Shown: positions 1-8,865 of the stretch, one piece after another | Position numbering within the stretch: the stretch's first letter is position 1 | Layout of the letters: each line of letters starts with the position of its first letter | NCBI GenBank assembly: GCA_001179505.1 | Contig: CDMY01000778.1 | Location: 1-20,632 of the forward strand | DNA from: Vitrella brassicaformis CCMP3155 | Taxonomy: Eukaryota; Protista; Chromerida | Direction: 5' to 3' | Length of the DNA: 20,632 nucleotides | Position numbers and translations under genes: made by a program | Notes under the pieces: model-generated | Seen by the model: the letters and a program-made list of their open reading frames with translations, nothing else | Told to the model about the DNA's origin: nothing | The model's database searches: none

Positions 1-1593
1 TGGCTTTACTCACTGATGCGCTGACTGTGACTGCCTCGTGAATGATGGTTGGGAGCGTGCTTGAGATCGGAAGAGCCACCTCGAGATCTGCTGGAAGACA
101 CGCAACGTGACAGCAATGATGTCTTGACGTGTCCAAGAGGAACCGCATCGGAATCAGCTACAGAAAATCTGCCGTCAAAGACACCATTTATCCAACAGAA
201 TAAGCTCACGAGCGCACGTCCAAAGGATCATCACCCTTAAGACAAGGAGAAGAGGCCAGAAGAACGAGAGAGGAGAAGGCGAAGTGATCCTCCTTCAACA
301 GGGCATTTCACGATATGCACGGCTCTCGCTCCTGACAGGCTCCTCAAACCCCCCCTCAACAGTACACTAAGTTTCATGGATGTAGTCAAATTATGATTTG
401 ACCCTCCTTCAAAAGACGATCACGGATGAAAAGCAGAGGGTGCAGTGAAAAAGTTCAAACCACGCTCATACGCGGCCTGAGAGAAACGACTGTGAATGCA
501 GAACTGGAGGGCGGTGAAAGAGAGAAAAAACAAAGCACTCTTCTTGCTACGCTGTTAACGCGACCGTACCCGTGAAAGCAGCACTCTTGAGAGTCGCGAT
601 AGGCAACTTGAGACCATCGGAATACCTAAAGCACTCAGTAATACATATGCCCTATCACATGATGTCGAGAGCCAGAAAAGGAAGTACGTCTGGATGAATA
701 AGGGAAGGCCTCCAAAGGAAACAGCTCTGCTTATCCGCATCTTTCGTACACTTTTGGTACTTCTTACTGCGTAGAGGACCGAATATACCAACCATATACA
801 TACATACCAATTGACGACGAACGCACATTTAGTGAGGCGAAAAAGGGATATCCTATGTGAACCAAGAAAGCACAAAAAGAACGTAACAACATACCAGCAT
901 GTGCACTATGCGATAGAGAAAGGAGGTCACAAACTGACAGTAAGAAAGTATATAAGAAAACGGCACTACAAAAAAGGTCCACTACGAACCCTCCTTGCCA
1001 GACCTGCCACCATCTTGTGGCTGGGTCCTATCCCTCTCCTTCTCGACAACCCAGGACGACGGATAACGCAAGAGGCATGCATCCTTCTACACCTCCCATC
1101 CCTACCCCATGAAGTACAACCGATCGACGCTACGGCTGGACACCCCAGATGGTAGTGGAGATGAAAACAAGGGCACCAATTATACAAAGACTCATTTAAC
1201 AGCTCGGGAGATGCTGAAGCAGCACGACCTGTCCTCCACTTTGCGTCCGGGCGCCTGAAGGACGACAACATGTAGCAACCGTCGAGAACGACTGGGAACT
1301 ATGTCGATAGACCACTGATCTGTGTTCATTCACCTATTTTCCAGCAGTATCAGACCGGTCAATGCCGGTCACAGCACCAGCAAGCTCACGGGGCACTTCT
1401 GCATCACCCTTGTGAGCCACCGCTCCTTTCAGCATCCCTTCTTGGGTCCGAAAGAGTTCACGACGTGTAGGGCGGCAGCAGGCACCCGATGGTAGGCAGT
1501 AAGGAGGAGAACATCCGGAACCAGGACAAGGGACACATTGCTGCACCGACGGCTGAAGGACGGCCAGAAGAATGACGAGAGCCAAGATGAGCT
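1..1593. repeat. Left arm of a long inverted repeat (partner 14693-16347); runs off the window start and ends at the copia LTR
   Basis: Reverse complement matches 14693-16347, about 97-98% by eye. Paired ORFs are near-identical (6..209- vs 16139..16342+; 555..875- vs 15411..15731+; 966..1271- vs 15015..15320+). Position 1593 maps to 14693 and position 1 to 16347. Confidence 0.97.
1334..1593 (-). pseudogene. 5'-truncated copy of the small Cys-rich ORF; start codons replaced by the copia 3' LTR
   Basis: Reads (K)LILALVILLAVLQPSVQQCVPC... like 14686-14952, but ATGATGA is missing and the LTR end (...TCCGACA) abuts AGCTCATC. A stop lies in frame within the LTR with no ATG after it. Confidence 0.6.
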
Positions 1594-1868
1594 TGTCGGA
1601 TAAATAGCGTGCTCAGTTTGCTCGTAGAGTAGTTGATGACCGAGCAGATGGAGTCAGAGTCTTTTTCTCTTTGGAAAGACCCAGTGTGCCTAACGCACTC
1701 AACGCTATGCGTTGGGCCCAGAATAGTAGGCTCCGTTTCCCGAAGCTACCTAACAAAGCGGGTATCTCCCTGGGCTCTGCCAGGGGTAACTGGCCAGACG
1801 GTATTTCGGTGGGTTCTGCTGCTCGTTTCACGTAGCAGCCTAAGCTCGGGCTTGAGTGCCCTTCGACA
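1594..1868 (-). repeat. 3' LTR (275 bp)
   Basis: TGTCGGA...TTCGACA with short terminal inverted repeat TGTCG/CGACA; homologous to 8113-8384. Confidence 0.95.
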
Positions 1869-1879
1869 CCCCCTCTCAC
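1869..1879 (-). promoter_or_regulatory. Polypurine tract (plus-strand primer)
   Basis: Minus strand reads GTGAGAGGGGG directly against the 3' LTR. Confidence 0.85.
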
Positions 1880-1943
1880 TCAAGACCCTCTACGATGCCT
1901 AGAGTAAAGCCATCTGCCAGATCTACATCTGCTCTGCCTCCCC

Positions 1944-3986
1944 TCATGCATCCATATCGGATTCCTCATCAGATTCCACATCCATCCTTGTGCCCCTCGG
2001 TAAGAGGAAGTCTTGCGTGGCGTGTGACGGGTTGCTGAACAGCTTCTCTGTCACTGGTGTGTGCTTGCCTGCAGGCAGGTTCTTGGTGAGCACATCAGCC
2101 ACGTTCTCAGCGGATGGGATCCAACCAACCTCCACCTCGCCCGCCTCGACCTTCTCACGCACCAGGTGATACCTGACACGGATGGCCTTGGTCCTATCAG
2201 ACATCTCTGCGTTGTAGGAGACTGATTGTGCTCCTCTGTTGTCCACCAGGATTGTCGTTCTCTCCGACTTGGTGCCGAATGCCTGTAGGAGCTGCTGAAT
2301 GTGAACAATCTCACGCGCACACTCGCTGGCTTCGATGTACTCAGCTTCAGTGGTGCTTGCCGCGACGATTGGCTGGTTCTTGCACCGCCAGGCGACGGGA
2401 TTGCCGCACAGGTAGATCACGTAGCCTCCCGTGCTCCTGCCATTCTCCAGGTCAGCATGACTGGAATCAGCATAGGCGAGGATCTTCACGCTCTTGTCTG
2501 CTGGTCTCCTGAAGGTCAACGCTCTTGTCGCTGTCTCCCTCAGGTACCGGATGATGTGCTTGACAGCCTCCCAATGGCGCTTGCCAGCACAGTTGCAGTA
2601 CATGGCGCATTCCTTGACTGCGTAGGCGATGTCGGGTCTGAGCGTCACTGCAGAATACAGTAAGCTGCCGACAGCCTCGCGATATGGCACTTTGCTCATG
2701 TGGTCGTGCTGCTCCTTTGTTGTAGGTTCCATCGTCTTGGAGAGCTTGACACCAGAGGGAAAGGGCGTCTTCGCACCTTGGCAAGGTATCTCTCCATTTC
2801 GATCACTCATGTTGAACCTCTGGATGAGCTTCTGCACGTACTTCTCTTGTGAGAGTGCCAAGATGCCTTCTTCCTTGTCGTAGGTGACCTTCATGCCCAG
2901 GAATCTCTCGGGATGTCCGAGGTCCTTGATGCCGAACTTGCCGTGCAGCTGCTGCTTGAACCACTCGGCGTCAGCCTCTCGACCCACTGCAGGTGAGTAG
3001 AGCATGTCGTCCATGACAACCACCACCCATAAACCCCTCTCGTCATGTGTGAAGATGCACGGCTCGACGCTGCTCTGTGTGAAACCGATACTTCTCAGGT
3101 AGTCCACCAGAGTGACGTGCCAGGCCCTCGGTGCTTCCTTGAGACCGTAGAGAGCTTTCAAGAGCATCCACACCATGCCGGGCTTCTCGTATCCTTCAGG
3201 GCAGTTCATGAAGACAGGTCGGTCTAGAGGGGAGTTGAGGAACGCCACATCAACATCGCATTGATACAGCGACCTACCAGCTAAGAGAACCAAGACAAGG
3301 AAGACACGCATAGCGACTTGTGACAGTGTGGGTGAGAAGGTCTGTGTGACTTCTTTTGGGTCTTGTGCGTATCCCTTGATCACTATCCGTGCCTTGAACT
3401 TGTCAGGCTTACGAGTGAAGACCCACTTGCTGGGCAGTATCTTCCCCGTTGCTTGTGATCGCGGTACGTACACATAGACGCCTTTCTCATCCATCGATGT
3501 CATCTCTTTGTCGCTTGCTTTCTGCCATTCCTTTCTGTCTTTGCAGGTCATGGCCTCTTTGTGCGTTCGCGGCTCGTCTCCAATGAAGAGATACACACCG
3601 TCATCATCATCTGTCACGTAGGCAACCACTCTCTCGTTGGTTTTGCCAGACAGAAAGCACATGTCTTTGTCTTTGCGTCTTTGTTTGCGTGCAGGCCCAC
3701 GGGCGTATTGAGTGGTCCATGTGTCGACCGCATCCTCAACAACAGCGAAGAGGCACCAGATACGCTCTTTGAGCACCGATCTTTCTGCCGGTTCGCTCTC
3801 GGCGTCCGCATGGGCAGATATGAAGTCGCTACCAATTTGTGTGTTCCATTGGCGCTTACGACCAGATCTACGAGGACCTTGTGGCTCTTTGTTGATTGGA
3901 TTTCCTTCCACATCAACGGCCAAGTCGTCATCTTCTTGCCCAGCCTCTTGTTCGTGGTCTGTCGCATTGTTCTGACCCTTGTGCAT
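1944..3986 (-). CDS. pol: Copia reverse transcriptase plus RNase H (680-aa ORF; C-terminal part of Pol)
   Basis: RVT_2-type motifs SKWVFTRK, KARIVIKGYAQ, DVDVAFLN, LYGLKEAPRAW, VMDD. RNase H motifs YADSSHA, TEAEYI, VDNRGA, NVADVLTK. The frame is open only back to a TGA near 4019, so it is frameshifted relative to integrase. Confidence 0.95.
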   Translation of the reverse strand: MHKGQNNATDHEQEAGQEDDDLAVDVEGNPINKEPQGPRRSGRKRQWNTQIGSDFISAHADAESEPAERSVLKERIWCLFAVVEDAVDTWTTQYARGPARKQRRKDKDMCFLSGKTNERVVAYVTDDDDGVYLFIGDEPRTHKEAMTCKDRKEWQKASDKEMTSMDEKGVYVYVPRSQATGKILPSKWVFTRKPDKFKARIVIKGYAQDPKEVTQTFSPTLSQVAMRVFLVLVLLAGRSLYQCDVDVAFLNSPLDRPVFMNCPEGYEKPGMVWMLLKALYGLKEAPRAWHVTLVDYLRSIGFTQSSVEPCIFTHDERGLWVVVVMDDMLYSPAVGREADAEWFKQQLHGKFGIKDLGHPERFLGMKVTYDKEEGILALSQEKYVQKLIQRFNMSDRNGEIPCQGAKTPFPSGVKLSKTMEPTTKEQHDHMSKVPYREAVGSLLYSAVTLRPDIAYAVKECAMYCNCAGKRHWEAVKHIIRYLRETATRALTFRRPADKSVKILAYADSSHADLENGRSTGGYVIYLCGNPVAWRCKNQPIVAASTTEAEYIEASECAREIVHIQQLLQAFGTKSERTTILVDNRGAQSVSYNAEMSDRTKAIRVRYHLVREKVEAGEVEVGWIPSAENVADVLTKNLPAGKHTPVTEKLFSNPSHATQDFLLPRGTRMDVESDEESDMDA

Positions 3987-3989
3987 GCC

Positions 3990-5758
3990 CTCATCGTGCG
4001 CCTGACCTCCATCTGCTCACTCTCATGGGGATTTGGTGCTTGATCGAGTCCGTGCTCGTCAGCTCCCTGCATGAGTGGCCCTTCGGGGGCTAGTTGTGGC
4101 AGTGGCGGTGCGTCAAAGGCGTCTTCATCGATGGGCTGCTGGTCTGCGTCTTGCGCTTCTTGAGCGTCTGGCGCTTCGTAAGCGTCCTGCCCATGTGTGT
4201 CGCCATTTCCTTCCCCCTCTCGAATCGGTAGGAAGTATGGATTGACACCCTTCTGTACATTGAACATATGTTCAAAGAAGGTGGCTGTGTTTGTGACCTT
4301 TATTTGTCTTTTAGACGGTATCCAGAAGAGGTATCCGTCCTTCATCTGTGGATGATAGCCAACGAAGATCGCTGCGTCACACTTGGGACTGAACTTCGTG
4401 GCTCGCTCATGCTTCCGCACAAACGGGTAGGCTAAACATCCAAACACACGCAGTTTGCGCAGGTCAGGTTTGAAGTTCTTCCACATCTCATATGGTGTTG
4501 TGTTCCCTTTGTTGGTTCTGCAGGGACATCGATTGCGCACATAGGCGGCTGCTTGCACAGCCCACGGCCAGAAGCCCCGCGGCAGATTCGCCGTCACGAG
4601 CATCGATGTTGCCGTGTTGTTCAGCGTTTGTATCATCCTCTCGGCCACGCCATTCTGCTGATGGACGTGCGGGACGCTGAACGACTTGGCGATTCCGAAC
4701 TGGGCGGCTGCATGGAGCAGATTGCCTTCAGCCAGCTCTATGGCTCCGTCACATCTCAGCTCCTCGATGTGTCCGACCTCCGCGATGTATCGTCTCAGGC
4801 CTGTGCCTGCATCGCGTCGACGCTTAAGAGGTATCACAGACACACGACGTGAGTAATCGTCCACGAAGACCATATAGTATTGGTAGCCATCGAGAACCGG
4901 TTTTGAGTGTGGTCCGGAGATGTCGCAATGCACCAGTTGACGCTTGCGTGTCGCCCTTGTGCCTGGTTCATTGTGTGGATTCTCTGTCATTTTGCCCTTC
5001 AGGCACCCAACGCATTTGCAGTCGGATGGAGGGATGTCGAACACAGGCAGTCCTTCACCGAGGTGTTTTCTGAGCAGATCCATGTCACGGCGATTGAGGT
5101 GTGCTAGTCGCTTGTGTTGCAGCCAGAATGTTGGATCTCCCTCCTCGGGTGGAACAGGTATCTGCACATCAGACTGCACAGGAGATGCAAACGGATCATG
5201 GCCAATGTGTTGGTTTGTTTGTCCTGCAGGATGGCCATTGTGTGTTTGTGGATCGTCTGGCGTGTGTCGATCCGATTTGTCCGTCGAGCAAGAGGGACCA
5301 GCAGCGTCGGGCTGATCTGAAGCCTCGACAACACCAGCAGGTTGCCCTTGACTCAGCAGATCCGCGGCAGGCTGGTGGGAGTCTGGAAGGCGTCCAAGGG
5401 TCGGTACATCGGTACTGAACCTCTTGCCGCACACATGACAGACATGCAGTGTGTGTGGTTGCCAGAGATCAATCGTTCCTTCCTTTGTGTGCAGGAATCG
5501 TTGGTCTGCAGGCGGTTCCACATGGGGAGCATTGCAGTGGCAACAAGTCACCTCAGCCCGCCCTGGGCTGTCCTGACCCCGACCTGGGGCATCGGTACGA
5601 CCAGCACCGAAACCTCCCGAGAATGTGAAGCCGAGAAAGGTGGAACCTGACCGGTCAGCACACCACTTCGAGAAATAGGAACGGCACTTGCTGACTGCAT
5701 TCATGATGCCTGTCATTGACTTCCCATTCGTTTCTTCCTTCTCCTTACACACAGGATA
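3990..5758 (-). CDS. pol: Copia integrase region (GAG-pre-integrase zinc finger and DDE core) preceded by a ~210-aa non-standard segment
   Basis: From ORF 3614..6193-: HKRLAHLN...CVGC, VHCDISGP, FVDDYSR, LRCDG, QNGVAERMIQTL, FWPWAVQAAAYVRNR, VFGC. Protease is not visible and may lie in the gap 5759-6058. Confidence 0.93.
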
Positions 5759-6058
5759 NNNNNNNNNNNNNNNNNNNNNNNNNNNNNNNNNNNNNNNNNN
5801 NNNNNNNNNNNNNNNNNNNNNNNNNNNNNNNNNNNNNNNNNNNNNNNNNNNNNNNNNNNNNNNNNNNNNNNNNNNNNNNNNNNNNNNNNNNNNNNNNNNN
5901 NNNNNNNNNNNNNNNNNNNNNNNNNNNNNNNNNNNNNNNNNNNNNNNNNNNNNNNNNNNNNNNNNNNNNNNNNNNNNNNNNNNNNNNNNNNNNNNNNNNN
6001 NNNNNNNNNNNNNNNNNNNNNNNNNNNNNNNNNNNNNNNNNNNNNNNNNNNNNNNNNN

Positions 6059-6569
6059 CGATGGTGTGGTTGTTTCCCTTCTTAGGTCCACCACCATGGC
6101 CACGGCCGTTGCCGTTCTGTCCGCCCCGCCCTCTGGATGACCCGTGACCGCCTCTGCCACGGCCTCTGTGGGCTCTGTTGGCACGTACAGCATCCCGAGC
6201 TATGCCCAGGTGCCAGCACTCCCCAGTCGAGCGATTCGACATGCCACATATGTCGCATTTGGTGGAGTTGCTGTTGGTCATCACCTCATCGCGGGTCATT
6301 GCAGAGTGAGCGACGGGGGGCATGACAGACTCGCCATTGTTGGTCATGACTATGTCGTTCTGTGCGCCGGCAGCTGAGCTGCTCGTGTTCGCATTCTGTG
6401 CAGACCTTGGCAGGTTCTGGTCACAGTGGTTGCGCAGCAACTGCTGAAACGCAGCGAAGTTCTTGTTCGCCTCGTTTTCTGGTTGCAGATTGAGGAAGGC
6501 CAGGGGTTGTTGGTATGCCTGTTTGGGCATGATGGCCTTGACGGCGGCTATTTTGTCGGACCAAGCCAT
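6059..6569 (-). CDS. gag: C-terminal part of copia Gag with a degenerate zinc knuckle and an RG/RGG-rich tail
   Basis: SDKIAAVKAIMPKQAYQQPL...FAAFQQLL fits the copia Gag helical pattern. CDICGMSNRSTGEC is C-x2-C-x4-R-x4-C (His replaced). Followed by RGRGRGGHG... Confidence 0.8.
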
Positions 6570-7923
6570 ACACGAGCTTCTCGTGCTGTTCGTCCATCTT
6601 GGCGCGCTGAGTCTCGAGGGACTTCAGCTGCTCGAACCTGCCGATCATGTACCCGAGGTTTGGCTCGAGATTGGATGCATCGCCCTTCCACTGGTACGTG
6701 CGGATGAGGGTGTGCAGCTTCGACAACTTAGAGGGTGACACCTGGTTGTACTTAGCCATCAGAGCTCGCCAAGACAGCCATCCATCCACCTTTAACAGTG
6801 GGTCTTTGTCTTCCTCTGCTGCCTCTATCTGTGCGTTTTTCACCAGATTGAAGGCAGTGTCGTTGCCCTTGCAGGCAGTCAAGAGCTCAGCGTGAAGGAG
6901 ATAACGCTTGTGGATCTCGTCCTTCTGCTGCCTGCTCAGCGTCTCCCACTCCGCGTGCTCTTGGTTGTAAGCATCAGTCCACAGGCCAGTCTCGGAGTCG
7001 TTTTCTACTTCAGGCCTGTCGCCGACTTCTGTCAGCTGGGGTCTCTCGTGATGCACCTCGTCAGCCACGACGTCAGCCAAGCCATTGATCGACGCCCACG
7101 ACTCAAAGTGCGTCTTCCACTTCTGGAAATCATCCCCGTAAGCCTTGAACTCACTAGGAAATGCCCATGGACGTATCTTTGAGCTAGTGTCATCGCTTCC
7201 GCCTTCATTGCCACACACCCAACGACCAACCAGCAAGGTAGGGATGCCTATGAGTACGAGCAGCTTGACAAACACATCGAGTGTGTGTCTGCATCCTTTC
7301 TGTGTCAGGTTGGCTGGTGAGATTGGCAGCGCGTGCACTCGTGGCAGTATCACGCCGACGATGAGCAAGAGCAGTCCAGTGTAGCCCAGACCAGTTGCTC
7401 TCTGGTTAATATACCACACAGCCAGGATAGCGATAGACGGATAGACGATAGCTGTCATAGTCAGGTTGACGACAAACGTTGCTGCGCACCCTAAGTAAGA
7501 TGCCACATAGCTGACGAATGCCGTTGTCATAGCAGTCATCTGCGTCACCATGGTCGTCAGGGTCGTCAGTAGATACCCCACATAAACAGCCACATAAACA
7601 ACCAGCAGATGGACCACATAATAGACAATAAGCACAACCACACAGCTTGTCAGGAAAGGCAGCATAACAAAGCACCACGTGACGTAGCAGCCTCGCGCGA
7701 CTTTGTTCAGCCATTTCAGGAACCTCCATGTCCTCTGTTCTGACATCAACACCCAGAAAGTGACGTAAGTTACGCCAGTGCCAGGACGTTCCGCCACTCT
7801 ATGGTGACGTTTCCTATGTGTATCTCCAGCTTCATGAGCCACACAGCAGTGTCCTTGATAGTCATAAGCGTGCCGGGTGCCCCATTGCAGAGGTCGAGGC
7901 CCACAGCAGCCAGTAGTAGCCAC
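6421..7923 (-). CDS. gag: 500-aa ORF: multi-pass hydrophobic N-terminal region in frame with the N-terminal half of copia Gag
   Basis: Residues ~51-237 are strongly hydrophobic. From ~255, FKAYGDDFQKWKTHFESWASINGLADVV...SWRALMAKY resembles copia Gag. Shifts +1 into 5745..6569 near 6570. Confidence 0.75.
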   Translation of the reverse strand: MATTGCCGPRPLQWGTRHAYDYQGHCCVAHEAGDTHRKRHHRVAERPGTGVTYVTFWVLMSEQRTWRFLKWLNKVARGCYVTWCFVMLPFLTSCVVVLIVYYVVHLLVVYVAVYVGYLLTTLTTMVTQMTAMTTAFVSYVASYLGCAATFVVNLTMTAIVYPSIAILAVWYINQRATGLGYTGLLLLIVGVILPRVHALPISPANLTQKGCRHTLDVFVKLLVLIGIPTLLVGRWVCGNEGGSDDTSSKIRPWAFPSEFKAYGDDFQKWKTHFESWASINGLADVVADEVHHERPQLTEVGDRPEVENDSETGLWTDAYNQEHAEWETLSRQQKDEIHKRYLLHAELLTACKGNDTAFNLVKNAQIEAAEEDKDPLLKVDGWLSWRALMAKYNQVSPSKLSKLHTLIRTYQWKGDASNLEPNLGYMIGRFEQLKSLETQRAKMDEQHEKLVYGLVRQNSRRQGHHAQTGIPTTPGLPQSATRKRGEQELRCVSAVAAQPL

Positions 7924-7997
7924 AAGAGAGACAACCCGGGGTCAGTCAGGTAGTGTCCCAGCCGCAACGACAGACGAAAGAGAAAACCTGAGCTCAT
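7770..7997 (-). CDS. 75-aa hydrophobic upstream ORF inside the retrotransposon, possibly the true N-terminus joined by a frameshift
   Basis: First ATG ORF after the PBS; contains LSLLWLLLAAVGL; overlaps the 500-aa ORF in another frame. Confidence 0.4.
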   Translation of the reverse strand: MSSGFLFRLSLRLGHYLTDPGLSLLWLLLAAVGLDLCNGAPGTLMTIKDTAVWLMKLEIHIGNVTIEWRNVLALA

Positions 7998-8092
7998 CTT
8001 TGTGAGACACGGCCAGAGAGTGTTTGTTTCTTCTGTCTCTCTCTGTCAGTCAGTTGTCGTTGTCGATTTCTGCTGTGTGTCCGCCAGTCACC

Positions 8093-8112
8093 AAGCGCTT
8101 CGGCTCTTAACC
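8093..8112 (-). promoter_or_regulatory. Primer-binding site, GGTTAAGAGCCGAAGCGCTT, complementary to a tRNA anticodon arm (Lys-CUU-like)
   Basis: Abuts the 5' LTR. Plus strand reads TTCGG-CT-CTT-AA-CC, i.e. anticodon stem 5' strand, 7-nt loop with CTT, and 2 nt of the 3' strand. Confidence 0.75.
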
Positions 8113-8384
8113 TGTCGGATAAATAGCGTGCCCAGTTTGCTCGTAGAGTAGTTGATGACCAAGCAGATGGAGTCAGATTTTTTTCTCTTTGGAAAGACCC
8201 AGTGTGCCTAACGCTATGGCGTTGGGCTTCCGCTAGAATAGTAGGCTCCGTTTCACGAAGCTACCTAACAAAGCGTGTATTTCCCTGGGCTCTGGCCAGG
8301 GGTAACTGGCCAGACGGTGTATCTGTGGGTTCTGCTGCTCGTTTCCCGTAGCAGCCTAAGCTCGGGCTTGAGTGCCCTTCGACA
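8113..8384 (-). repeat. 5' LTR (272 bp)
   Basis: TGTCGGA...TTCGACA; about 11-12 substitutions and 5 indels versus 1594-1868. Confidence 0.95.
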
Positions 8385-8865
8385 CACCGAGACATTCATT
8401 GTGCACACCAACTACAAGCGTGCACAGGCGAATGAATAAATACATTCATCGCACACGCCAGCCAACACAAGCGTGTGGAAGCGCGCGGACAAAAAAGCAT
8501 TTATGCCGAGGGGGGACGGCTCTGCGGCGTGGGGGAGGCCCAGGGTGGCGCATCTCAGGAGCGGCTCGACCAGATCTACGACTTAGTCCAGCAAACGACT
8601 CGTATCAGCGGACGGCCGTGGGTTTCGGTCTGGAGACCTCGTGAGTGTGTTCCTTGGGTTCCTCTGTGCATGTGGAGCGTGCGTGGGTGATTCCTGTTGC
8701 GTGTCGTTCGTTTGATTGTGCGTGAAAGACATGGGACTTGGCCATCAGGCCGCCTAGGACATTGCGTGAAACCGCTCACACAAAGCATTCATTATATGCG
8801 CCCGCCAACTACAGGCGTGGGGATCGTGTCCGAGATCAACAATGTGAGGGGAATATCTCCTCACG

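Larger units (their letters stand above)
1594..8384 (-). mobile_element. Ty1/copia LTR retrotransposon, near full length (gag, integrase, RT, RNase H order)
   Basis: Two TG...CA LTRs, PBS next to the 5' LTR, PPT next to the 3' LTR, and integrase upstream of RT (copia order) with recognisable motifs. Confidence 0.97.

Noticed and set aside
63-75. AGATCGGAAGAGC, the Illumina adapter core (reverse complement also near 16272 and 18645)
   Set aside because: It sits in the same genomic context in all three repeat copies, and the flanking bases do not continue as adapter. Most likely a coincidence, though trimming could reduce coverage here.
555-1271. ORFs of 72-114 aa in the inverted-repeat arms (555..875, 764..982, 811..1155, 966..1271 and their mirrors)
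   Set aside because: No recognisable motifs, they overlap on both strands, and their retention in both arms is explained by recent duplication.
2051-5650. Many overlapping or antisense ORFs within pol
   Set aside because: Expected shadows of a GC-rich coding region; no independent evidence.
8475-8690. Possible exon ending at the donor CCTC|GTGAGT (about 8641)
   Set aside because: The frame is ambiguous, and there is no recognisable domain or partner exon.
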